From IMG/VR virus record IMGVR_UViG_2698536610_000003: DNA of 33,876 nt; one strand, given 5' to 3'. How positions within the stretch are numbered: position 1 is the stretch's first letter; each line of letters opens with the position of its first letter. Below are positions 1-7,869 of this stretch, piece after piece. The stretch comes from a virus (Duplodnaviria; Heunggongvirae; Uroviricota; Caudoviricetes). The notes beneath the pieces were generated by a model. That model worked only from the letters and a program-made list of their open reading frames with translations. It did not search any database and was not told where the DNA came from. The position numbers and the translations under genes were made by a program.

Positions 1-318
1 ATGAAAAAGATAGCTGCTATATCATTAATTAGTATTTTTATTATGTCTGGTTGTGCTGTGCATAATGATGAGACAAGTATCGGTAAATTTGGTCTTGCAT
101 ATAAAAGTAATATTCAGCGTAAACTCGATAACCAATACTACACCGAAGCCGAAGCTTCTTTAGCCAGGGGCAGAATATCTGGTGCAGAAAATATAGTAAA
201 AAATGATGCAGCCCATTTCTGTGTTACTCAGGGCAAAAAAATGCAGATAGTTGACCTGAAGACAGAAGGTGCAGGATTACATGGCGTCGCTCGTCTGACA
301 TTCAAATGTGGAGAGTGA
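1..318 (+). CDS. yegR: small lipoprotein, YegR-like (host flank)
   Basis: 105-aa ORF with N-terminal signal peptide and lipobox-like MSGC; lies outside the att core on the int side; AT-rich. Symbol from my recollection that a 105-aa YegR neighbours the yegQ/cyaR/ogrK locus in E. coli K-12. Confidence 0.55.
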   Translation: MKKIAAISLISIFIMSGCAVHNDETSIGKFGLAYKSNIQRKLDNQYYTEAEASLARGRISGAENIVKNDAAHFCVTQGKKMQIVDLKTEGAGLHGVARLTFKCGE

Positions 319-429
319 GAATATTTTTTGGTAAGCGTCAAACATGCGCGTTCTGGTTGTGCTTAGCCGGAACCTGTGCGAGCACGATGCCGTTACGTGA
401 AAGGCATCGTGCTATGAAGGGAGATTCTA

Positions 430-458
430 TCGATGTGGTCAATGGAAGACGGTGACCA
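430..458. repeat. P-arm-like sequence in left flank (tcgatgtggtcaatg...gacg(g)tgacc), near-copy of phage P arm 32281..32308
   Basis: Direct sequence comparison: 15/15 identical tcgatgtggtcaatg followed by similar gacgNtgaccag, at the same side and similar distance from the att core as in attR. Confidence 0.6.
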
Positions 459-476
459 GGGATAGGGCTTATGCAT

Positions 477-503
477 AAAAAATAAGCCCGTGTAAGGGAG
501 ATT
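477..503. repeat. attL: attL core (aaaaaataagcccgtgtaagggagatt), direct repeat of 32344..32370
   Basis: Exact 27-bp direct repeat (28 bp with the preceding t) at both prophage ends; I recall this as the P2 att core; integrase gene immediately adjacent. Confidence 0.9.
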
Positions 504-582
504 TAGGGTGTCACCAGTAGGGGCTTTCAACGGTACAATGCGGGTTTGAGCGGCATAAATTACCACTGAAAGCCCTTAAACG

Positions 583-1596
583 TTACTCTACTGTGGACAC
601 TGTGTGGACACTCTCGACCTCAGTACCACCTCTTAGCGGATTAAGAGAAATGGCGTCCTGAAGGTACTCTGGCGCAAAATGAGCGTAAACCATAGTTTGC
701 TCAATCCGCGTGTGACCTAGTATCCGTTGTAGCGTGATAATACTTCCTCCATTAATCATGAAATGAGTGGCAAAGCTGTGCCTTAGTGCATGTGTAGCTT
801 GCCCCATTGGCAAATCCGGTTTTATTGCTTTCATTGTTCGTCTGAAGCGAGGGTAATCAGCATCAGGGAATAAAAAACCTCGTTTGTTATCCGCGATCAT
901 TTTGGCAACAGCCTCTGAGATCGGGACGGTGCGTGGTTTGTTTGTTTTCGTTTTAACAAACGTGACGCGGTTATGGATGATATTTTCTGCTTTCAAACGA
1001 GCTGCTTCTCCCCAACGTGCTCCAGTACTCAGGCAAAGAATCGCAATCTTTTTGTTGTCGCCGTCAAGAGCAGCAAGCAGTAAGGCAATTTCTTCCTGCG
1101 TGAGATAGCCTGTGTCTGGTTTTTCCTCCTTAAGCCTTTTTGTCCCTCTGATAGGGTGCTCACCAAAGAATAACTCCGCTTCAATCAGGGCTGTAAACAT
1201 GCCGCTAATACATGTTAAATCACGATTGATACTCGAAGGTTTAATACCCTGACTTCTTCGGGTGGCGCAGTACTGGCTGATAAGCGATTTCGTAATTTGA
1301 AATGCGCATGGGTCATTCGTTATTTTTGTGAAGATTTCAATTTTCCCAAGATTAGATTTCCCATGCTCTTCGTGTTTACCCTTTAAATCCCACCAGATCT
1401 GTGTCAGCTCCGACAGACGTCGCTTGTCTGTTGGTTTTGATAGCCATTCTTTATTGTGGTGGTTGTACAACGTGTATTTCTCGAAAGCGACAGCTTCGCT
1501 TTTCTTATCAAACTTCCTACGGATGCGTTTTCCATTACGTCCAGTAGGGCGGATGTCCACTTCATATCGACCATCATCGAGTTTTTTGATTGCCAT
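583..1596 (-). CDS. int: tyrosine integrase (P2 Int-like)
   Basis: 337 aa; C-terminal HxxR (HALRHSF) and catalytic Tyr region (TMVYAHF); adjacent to attL; GGAGG-like RBS upstream. Confidence 0.93.
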   Translation of the reverse strand: MAIKKLDDGRYEVDIRPTGRNGKRIRRKFDKKSEAVAFEKYTLYNHHNKEWLSKPTDKRRLSELTQIWWDLKGKHEEHGKSNLGKIEIFTKITNDPCAFQITKSLISQYCATRRSQGIKPSSINRDLTCISGMFTALIEAELFFGEHPIRGTKRLKEEKPDTGYLTQEEIALLLAALDGDNKKIAILCLSTGARWGEAARLKAENIIHNRVTFVKTKTNKPRTVPISEAVAKMIADNKRGFLFPDADYPRFRRTMKAIKPDLPMGQATHALRHSFATHFMINGGSIITLQRILGHTRIEQTMVYAHFAPEYLQDAISLNPLRGGTEVESVHTVSTVE

Positions 1597-1711
1597 CAGA
1601 AAACCCTCCGAGTGGTGTGTTTTTTTGCGACTACTAATCGCTTTTTTCGTGGTGGCTGAAATTTAGCCACCAATAGTAGGCACTTGTGATGAATATATTC
1701 ACGATGAATTG

Positions 1712-2011
1712 TTAACCAGTCTTTTGACCGGAGTGGGGCGACGTTGTTTCGTTTTGCCCAAAGTGTGCGAGAGCGGGCGCAATTTGCCCGGACTCAGGAG
1801 CGATCTGATTGGTCATGAACCATAAAGTGTATTTGGTGAATTGTGGGGTCTGCAGGATGTTCATCATGACATCTGTTGGAGGTGTTGAACGACCACTTTC
1901 ATAGTAACTCAGCGTGCCATACGGAACCCCTGTTAAATCAGCAAGTTGTTGTCTGCTCAAATACTCTGATTTTCGCATTAAGACTATCTTCTCGCTTATC
2001 GTGTTTGACAT
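1712..2011 (-). CDS. C: immunity repressor C (P2 C-like)
   Basis: 99 aa with N-terminal HTH (LSRQQLADLTGVPYGTLSYYESG); divergent/face-to-face with cox; same size and position as P2 C. Confidence 0.9.
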   Translation of the reverse strand: MSNTISEKIVLMRKSEYLSRQQLADLTGVPYGTLSYYESGRSTPPTDVMMNILQTPQFTKYTLWFMTNQIAPESGQIAPALAHFGQNETTSPHSGQKTG

Positions 2012-2044
2012 GGTGTTTAGATCTCAATAGTATTTAGTTTAGAT
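2005..2044 (+). promoter_or_regulatory. Pe: early promoter Pe with repressor operators: -35 TTGACA (2005..2010), 17-nt spacer, -10 TAGTAT (2028..2033); 8-bp direct repeats GTTTAGAT at 2015..2022 and 2037..2044 flanking the -10
   Basis: Consensus -35 and good -10 with 17-bp spacing read directly; two identical 8-bp direct repeats 22 bp centre-to-centre on either side of the -10, matching what I recall of P2 C operators O1/O2. Confidence 0.7.
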
Positions 2045-2082
2045 GTAGATTGTTTAGTGCTTGGATGTGGGCACTAAAAGGC

Positions 2083-2110
2083 ATTATAAGACATTAAACG
2101 CAATTCATGA
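2083..2110 (-). promoter_or_regulatory. Pc: candidate repressor promoter Pc, face-to-face with Pe: -10 TATAAT (plus 2083..2088), 16-nt spacer, weak -35 TCATGA (2105..2110)
   Basis: Perfect TATAAT on minus strand; predicted Pc and Pe transcripts would overlap by roughly 30-40 nt, as I recall for the P2 switch. Confidence 0.45.
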
Positions 2111-2125
2111 GGGCTAGAGGACGAC

Positions 2126-2401
2126 ATGAGCAAGCAAGTAACACTCATGACTGATGCGATTCCTTATCAGGAGTTCGCAAAACTAATAGGAAAATCGACA
2201 GGAGCGGTTCGTCGGATGATCGATAAAGGAAAGCTGCCTGTAATTGATATGACCGATCCACAATCAGCTTCAGGTCGTGCAGGTGAATATTGGGTATACC
2301 TTCCGGCATGGAATAACGGACTAAAACTGGCTTATGAAAGCCGCCCTAAAGAGATTCGTGACGGCTGGTTGATGTGGTTAGGTCTCGGTGAACCACGTTA
2401 A
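2126..2401 (+). CDS. cox: Cox (excisionase / repressor of Pc)
   Basis: 91 aa, first gene of rightward early operon, same size and position as P2 Cox. Confidence 0.9.
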   Translation: MSKQVTLMTDAIPYQEFAKLIGKSTGAVRRMIDKGKLPVIDMTDPQSASGRAGEYWVYLPAWNNGLKLAYESRPKEIRDGWLMWLGLGEPR

Positions 2402-2411
2402 GGAGAACCGT

Positions 2412-2582
2412 ATGAATGAGCCTCGTTGTATTGCTCAGTTACTGCGTAACGAAAGCCCCAGGGCGATTGACTTCACCATCACCCACGGTAAGGGGCGTAA
2501 GGGAATCATTATCCGCACCAAAAAGCAGAGTCCGTTAAAAAAGGCTCTGACCTTTCTGAAAAGCTGGAGGGTATGGAAATGA
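2412..2582 (+). CDS. small early protein (P2 orf78 position)
   Basis: ORF track starts at GTG 2388; I prefer ATG 2412, which has AAGGAG 7 nt upstream. Function unknown. Confidence 0.55.
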   Translation: MNEPRCIAQLLRNESPRAIDFTITHGKGRKGIIIRTKKQSPLKKALTFLKSWRVWK

Positions 2583-3079
2583 CAGTGATGACGCTCAATC
2601 TCGTTGAAAAACAGCCAGCAGCTATGCGCCGGATAATTGGCAAGCATCTTGCCGTCCCTCGCTGGCAGGATACATGTGATTATTATAATCAGATGATGGA
2701 GCGCGAACGGCTAACGGTTTGCTTTCATGCACAGTTAAAACAGCGTCACGCAACGATGCGTTTTGAAGAAATGAACGACGTCGAACGTGAACGGCTGGTT
2801 TGTGCAATTGATGAATTGCGTGGGGCATTCTCAAAACGCCGTCAGGTCGGTGCAAGTGAGTATGCATATATTAGTTTTTTAACAGTCAGCCAGCGACGTA
2901 CTTTATTTATGCACGCACGACTGACAGAAAAAGAATTCAACCAGCCGTACTGGCGAATTAATGAAGAATCATGTTACTGGCGTGATGCTTTATTCCGTGC
3001 ATTACGTGAATTATTCAGTCTGTTTGAGTATGCACCGACAATTCTGACGTCGGTAAAACCAGAGCAATATCTGCATTAA
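2573..3079 (+). CDS. B: replication protein B (helicase-loader-like)
   Basis: 168 aa with GGAGG RBS; position and size match P2 B (166 aa as I recall). Confidence 0.85.
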   Translation: MEMTVMTLNLVEKQPAAMRRIIGKHLAVPRWQDTCDYYNQMMERERLTVCFHAQLKQRHATMRFEEMNDVERERLVCAIDELRGAFSKRRQVGASEYAYISFLTVSQRRTLFMHARLTEKEFNQPYWRINEESCYWRDALFRALRELFSLFEYAPTILTSVKPEQYLH

Positions 3080-3142
3080 ATAATTAACCAGAGTTTTTAA
3101 CGCACTTAATCGTGCGGGGCTTCTTTTTGCCTGGAGAAAGTC

Positions 3143-3367
3143 ATGCATACAGTTTCTGAAAATCAGTGCGGTAAATACGCATTACTGCTGCAACAGGCCA
3201 GAACCGAAGCACAGGCCGACGCTGCGACGCGCTTTTCTTCTCATCTTGACGCCATGATTCGCCATATCACAAAGGCGGAGTTATCCCGCGTGGAGATAGT
3301 CGAGCTGCTCAGTCAGGAGTCGGAAAAATTTCACAATATCGGATTGTCTCGCGGGGAGGTGCTTTGA
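3143..3367 (+). CDS. small early protein (P2 orf80 position)
   Basis: 74-aa ORF in the conserved B-to-A string of small ORFs; ATG start. Confidence 0.6.
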   Translation: MHTVSENQCGKYALLLQQARTEAQADAATRFSSHLDAMIRHITKAELSRVEIVELLSQESEKFHNIGLSRGEVL

Positions 3368-3669
3368 TGTCCTGTTCTCATTCAGTTGTATTACTGAATA
3401 ACGCCTTAAAAATCGCCGTTATGGAAAATGGTGATTTATCTCTTATTCAACTTTGTCTTGATAAAGAAAAACGCGACATAACTGAATCTGTTATCGCGAT
3501 TTATCAGAATGAATTAAACCTCCTGTCTGATGTGGTCAATTTACTTGTTAAACGCGCTGTATTCCACAAGCAAATTTCCTCCGTGGATGAACTGACAAAA
3601 TTAACGACAGAAATCGTCAGCTATTGCGCTGATGAATTTAAGAAACTGAACGACAAAAGGAACTGGTAA
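3364..3669 (+). CDS. small early protein (P2 orf81 position)
   Basis: 101-aa ORF, 4-nt overlap with upstream gene (coupled). Confidence 0.6.
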   Translation: MMSCSHSVVLLNNALKIAVMENGDLSLIQLCLDKEKRDITESVIAIYQNELNLLSDVVNLLVKRAVFHKQISSVDELTKLTTEIVSYCADEFKKLNDKRNW

Positions 3670-3893
3670 TGCCGGACAACGTAGATTTCATTCAGGAACA
3701 ACAGGCTGAATTACTGGAGCGCCAGATTAACGCGGCAAGGGTAAAACATTGCGGTGCTTCTGCGCTGGTTTGCGAAGAGTGTGACGTGCCAATACCTGCT
3801 GCCCGTCGTGCGGCTTATCCGTCAGCCACGCGTTGTGTTTCCTGTCAGTCAGTCTTTGAAGCAAAAAACAAACATTACCGGAGAACGGCATGA
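3669..3893 (+). CDS. TraR/DksA-family C4 zinc-finger protein (P2 orf82 position)
   Basis: 74 aa with CEEC...CVSC (CxxC-N17-CxxC) typical of TraR/DksA zinc fingers. Confidence 0.7.
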   Translation: MPDNVDFIQEQQAELLERQINAARVKHCGASALVCEECDVPIPAARRAAYPSATRCVSCQSVFEAKNKHYRRTA

Positions 3894-4165
3894 GTATTCG
3901 TATTGAAATTGGCGAACGTTATGTCGTTACCAGTGACAGCTTTCAGTTTATTCTCCACGAGAAAAAGAGAGCGGAAAGCGGTAAAAACGCCGGTCAGGAA
4001 TGGCTGTCGGTGGTTGGTTATTACCCGAAATTAAGCCAGCTCGTTTCCGGCATGATGCATCACGATATTCTGACCGGAAGCGCAAAGTCTTTTGCTGATT
4101 TAAACGCGCAGGTTGAGCAACTCAGCAAGCGTTGTTCAGAGGCTTTTGGCTCATATGGCCGTTAA
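3890..4165 (+). CDS. small early protein (P2 orf83 position)
   Basis: 91-aa ORF immediately upstream of and overlapping gene A. Confidence 0.6.
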   Translation: MSIRIEIGERYVVTSDSFQFILHEKKRAESGKNAGQEWLSVVGYYPKLSQLVSGMMHHDILTGSAKSFADLNAQVEQLSKRCSEAFGSYGR

Positions 4166-6410
4166 AGCCTCCGGGCGTTTTGTCCCTCCATCAGCATTTG
4201 CCGCAGGCACCGGTAAGGCGTTTACCGGTGCTTATGCATGGAACGCGCCACGCGAGGCTGTCGGGCGCGAAAGACCCCTTACACGTGACGAGATGCGTCA
4301 GGTGCAAGGTGTTTTATCCACGATTAACCGCCTGCCTTACTTTTTGCGCTCGCTGTTTACTTCACGCTATGACTACATCCGGCGCAATAAAAGCCCGGTG
4401 CACGGGTTTTATTTCCTCACATCCACTTTTCAGCGTCGTTTATGGCCGCGCATTGAGCGCGTGAATCAGCGCCATGAAATGAACACCGACGCGTCGTTGC
4501 TGTTTCTGGCAGAGCGTGACCATTATGCGCGTCTGCCGGGGATGAATGACAAGGAACTGAAAAAGTTTGCCGCCCGTATCTCATCGCAGCTTTTCATGAT
4601 GTATGAGGAACTCTGCGATGCATGGGTTGATGCACATGGCGAGAAAGAATCGCTGTTTACGGATGAGGCTCAGGCGCATCTGTATGGTCATGTTGCTGGC
4701 GCTGCACGAGCTTTCAATATTTCCCCTCTCTACTGGAAAAAATACCGTAAAGGACAGATGACCACGAGGCAGGCATATTCTGCCATTGCCCGTCTGTTTA
4801 ACGATGAGTGGTGGACTCATCAGCTTAAAGGTCAGCGTATGCGCTGGCATGAGGCGTTACTGATTGCTGTCGGGGAGGTGAATAAAGACCGTTCTCCTTA
4901 TGCCAGTAAACATGCCATTCGTGATGTGCGTGCGCGCCGCCAGGCAAATCTGGAATTTCTTAAATCGTGTGACCTTGAAAACAGGGAAACCGGCGAGCGC
5001 ATCGACCTTATCAGTAAGGTGATGGGAAGTATTTCTAATCCTGAAATTCGCCGGATGGAGCTGATGAACACCATTGCCGGTATTGAGCGTTACGCCGCCG
5101 CAGAGGGTGATGTGGGGATGTTTATCACGCTGACCGCGCCGTCAAAGTATCACCCGACACGTCAGGTCGGAAAAGGCGAAAGTAAAACCGTCCAGCTAAA
5201 TCACGGCTGGAACGATGAGGCATTTAATCCAAAGGATGCGCAGCGTTATCTCTGCCGCATCTGGAGCCTGATGCGCACGGCATTCAAGGATAATGATTTA
5301 CAGGTCTACGGTTTGCGTGTCGTCGAGCCACACCACGACGGAACGCCGCACTGGCATATGATGCTTTTTTGTAATCCACGTCAGCGTAACCAGATTATCG
5401 AAACCATGCGTCGCTACGCGCTCAAAGAGGATGGCGACGAAAGAGGAGCCGAGCGAAACCGTTTTCAGGCGAAACACCTTAACCGGGGCGGTGCTGCGGG
5501 GTATATCGCGAAATACATTTCAAAAAATATCGACGGCTATGCACTGGATGGTCAGCTCGATAACGATACTGGCAGACCTCTGAAAGATACTGCCGCGGCT
5601 GTTACTGCATGGGCGTCAACGTGGCGCATCCCGCAATTTAAAACGGTTGGTCTGCCGACAATGGGGGCTTACCGTGAACTACGCAAATTGCCTCGCGGCG
5701 TCAGCATTGCTGATGAGTTTGACGAACGCGTCGAGGCTGCACGCGCTGCCGCAGACAGTGGCGATTTTGCGTTGTATATCAGTGCGCAGGGTGGGGCAAA
5801 TGTTCCGCGCGATTGCCAGACTGTCAGAGTCGCCCGTAGCCCGTCGGATGAAGTTAACGAGTACGAGGAAGAAGTCGAGAGAGTGGTCGGCATTTACGCG
5901 CCGCATCTCGGCGCGCGTCATATTCATATCACCAGAACGACGGACTGGCGCATTGTTCCGAAAGTTCCGGTCGTGGAGCCTTTAACTTTAAAAAGCGGCA
6001 TCGCCGCGCCTCGGAGTCCTGTCAATAACTGTGGAAAGCTCACCAGTGGTGATACTTCGTTACCGGCTCCCACACCTTCTGAGCACGCTGCAGCAGTGCT
6101 TAATCTGGTTGATGACGGTGTTATCGAATGGAATGACCCGGAGGTCGTGAGGGTGCTCAGGGGCGCATTAAAACACGGCCTGAGAACACCAAATCGTCAG
6201 CAAAGAAACGGAAGCCCGTTAAAACCACATGAAATTGCACCATCGGCCAGGCTGACCCGGCCGGAACGATTGCAAATTACCCGTATCCGCGTTGACCTTG
6301 CTCAGAACGGTATCAGGCCTCAGCGATGGGAGCTTGAGGCGCTGGCGCGTGGGGCGATGGTGATTTATGATAATAAAAAATTCAAATATCCAGTGATTGA
6401 TGAGTGGTAA
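4155..6410 (+). CDS. A: replication initiation protein A (HUH rolling-circle endonuclease)
   Basis: About 751 aa from ATG 4155 (track starts at 4113; MAVKASGRF matches the P2 A N-terminus as I recall). HUH motif PHWHMML and tandem-tyrosine motif YIAKYISK read directly. Confidence 0.92.
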   Translation: MAVKASGRFVPPSAFAAGTGKAFTGAYAWNAPREAVGRERPLTRDEMRQVQGVLSTINRLPYFLRSLFTSRYDYIRRNKSPVHGFYFLTSTFQRRLWPRIERVNQRHEMNTDASLLFLAERDHYARLPGMNDKELKKFAARISSQLFMMYEELCDAWVDAHGEKESLFTDEAQAHLYGHVAGAARAFNISPLYWKKYRKGQMTTRQAYSAIARLFNDEWWTHQLKGQRMRWHEALLIAVGEVNKDRSPYASKHAIRDVRARRQANLEFLKSCDLENRETGERIDLISKVMGSISNPEIRRMELMNTIAGIERYAAAEGDVGMFITLTAPSKYHPTRQVGKGESKTVQLNHGWNDEAFNPKDAQRYLCRIWSLMRTAFKDNDLQVYGLRVVEPHHDGTPHWHMMLFCNPRQRNQIIETMRRYALKEDGDERGAERNRFQAKHLNRGGAAGYIAKYISKNIDGYALDGQLDNDTGRPLKDTAAAVTAWASTWRIPQFKTVGLPTMGAYRELRKLPRGVSIADEFDERVEAARAAADSGDFALYISAQGGANVPRDCQTVRVARSPSDEVNEYEEEVERVVGIYAPHLGARHIHITRTTDWRIVPKVPVVEPLTLKSGIAAPRSPVNNCGKLTSGDTSLPAPTPSEHAAAVLNLVDDGVIEWNDPEVVRVLRGALKHGLRTPNRQQRNGSPLKPHEIAPSARLTRPERLQITRIRVDLAQNGIRPQRWELEALARGAMVIYDNKKFKYPVIDEW

Positions 6411-6539
6411 GGCTATTAGATTACGAATAAATACAGGTCTTATTGATGGATTGGGTAATAGTAAACTTTAAAAAATAATAATTGTAATGTTTTAAATTAT
6501 AGTTAAATTTCGCTTAATGACATTATCTTCTTAATATTT

Positions 6540-6569
6540 AAAGTGCCTCCCATTATTAGGGGGCACTTT
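6540..6569 (-). terminator. hairpin immediately downstream of the cargo operon (stem aaagtgcc/ggcacttt plus GC extension, 7-nt loop)
   Basis: Inverted repeat read directly, 17 nt past the PRTase stop on the minus strand, followed by an A/U-rich tract; sits between convergent A and cargo operon. Confidence 0.4.
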
Positions 6570-6585
6570 AAATTATGGGGTTAAT

Positions 6586-7869
6586 TTATTGTGGCCAGTC
6601 CCAGTTATCATATTGTTGAATTTTTTCTGATAACACTTGAGGTGCACTACCGTGAGTTACATTTTCAGCATAACCAATCGTACCGACATAGTTAATGTCA
6701 TCAACATCAAGTGTATTGGCCTCCCATGGCCGTATCTTGCGAGTTGGTTCACAGATAGAAACGTCACGATTGATGGTTTTTAACCACGATATATTTATTA
6801 CATTTGCGCCTGCAGCTTTTAGATACATTCTGGCTGTTTCATGAGCATTTCCTTCAGTGCAAAAATCATCAATAACTAATATTTTCTTACCTTTCAATTT
6901 AGGAGGGTTGGTATATCTTTCGCCGGTGATGAGGTTTTTAATAGGGGCAGGATTTAAATTAACGGTGTTTATTTGAGATGTGATGTTTACTTCTTGCTTA
7001 GCTATCCGAGCTTGCTGTGATTTAATAGCTGTTGTATGTCGTAAGAATAGATCTTTTAGATACTTTCCTTTGAATGAGACTGCTAAACCTTTTAGGTCAT
7101 GCTCCATAATGTTTGCTAGTTTATAAGGATCTTCAGCGTTATGTCCAACGTAGGTGGTTATAAAACTTGCTCCTTCACTTAAGCCAGAGAAATAAATGCT
7201 AGCACCAAGATATCTTATCCAAAAATCGGGGCTTCCAACCGATAGCTTTGCGAGGTCTCTTGCATTGGCTGAATACATTGTAAATTCAGGGACATATGTG
7301 CTAAATGGTGCTAAGGCGTAGTAGTGAACATCTTCATTAAAATGCCCTTGCCATCCCCACAACTGCTCTCTTAAGCAAAAAACATCAATAAATCTAGCGA
7401 TTTCTTTGGGTTCTGAAAATTGAAAACCGTACTCAGTAACCGGTTCATACCAGGTCGCATTAATAAATAGGGTATTCCCGTTGGTAGCTGCTTGTAAGTC
7501 TTCCTGAGAACGCCCTACATAGATCATTTCGTTTCGTTTTAATTCTAACGCAGCCATGATGAAATCTATGGCCTTCCCTGTTTGTTTTGCTGGTATGTTG
7601 TTGTCGAGTTCACGGCAAAAGTGAATTGATTCTGGGAATTTCCTTTTTAGGTATTCGTCTAGTGTTACGATCCCGTCATGTGTTCTCACGTTTCTATTTT
7701 TATTTGTCAAGAAGATAACTTTAATCCCTTTTGATGACAAAAACGCAAACAACTTACGTAATTCAGAATCGATTCTAGATTTTAGTTCCTGAGGTTGAGT
7801 GTTAGATGTTAATGGTAATACAACATCTGCGATTGAAAATATAACTGCCTTTAAATACATATTATTCAT
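6586..7869 (-). CDS. PRTase-domain protein (ComF-like) with possible HAD-like N-terminal region
   Basis: 427 aa; PRPP-binding-loop-like KILVIDDFCTEGNAHE at aa 329-344 (compare hhhhDDhhTTGgT); N-terminal 140 aa shows a HAD-like motif order (hhhh-Thr, Lys, GxxxED) but with the first Asp replaced; AT-rich; start ATG overlaps upstream gene as ATGAATAA. Confidence 0.75.
   Translation of the reverse strand: MNNMYLKAVIFSIADVVLPLTSNTQPQELKSRIDSELRKLFAFLSSKGIKVIFLTNKNRNVRTHDGIVTLDEYLKRKFPESIHFCRELDNNIPAKQTGKAIDFIMAALELKRNEMIYVGRSQEDLQAATNGNTLFINATWYEPVTEYGFQFSEPKEIARFIDVFCLREQLWGWQGHFNEDVHYYALAPFSTYVPEFTMYSANARDLAKLSVGSPDFWIRYLGASIYFSGLSEGASFITTYVGHNAEDPYKLANIMEHDLKGLAVSFKGKYLKDLFLRHTTAIKSQQARIAKQEVNITSQINTVNLNPAPIKNLITGERYTNPPKLKGKKILVIDDFCTEGNAHETARMYLKAAGANVINISWLKTINRDVSICEPTRKIRPWEANTLDVDDINYVGTIGYAENVTHGSAPQVLSEKIQQYDNWDWPQ

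Noticed and set aside
477-503. tRNA gene as the integration target
   Set aside because: No cloverleaf-capable sequence at either att end; the core instead matches the 3' end of the sRNA CyaR.
884-1666. Plus-strand ORFs 884..1108, 1328..1666 and 1456..1659 overlapping int
   Set aside because: Antisense or alternative-frame ORFs wholly inside the well-supported integrase gene with no independent signals; typical artefacts of GC-rich coding sequence.
4113-4154. Upstream in-frame start for gene A at 4113 given by the ORF track
   Set aside because: It overlaps the preceding ORF by about 50 nt, and the ATG at 4155 gives the N-terminus MAVKASGRF that I recall for P2 A; 4155 is preferred.
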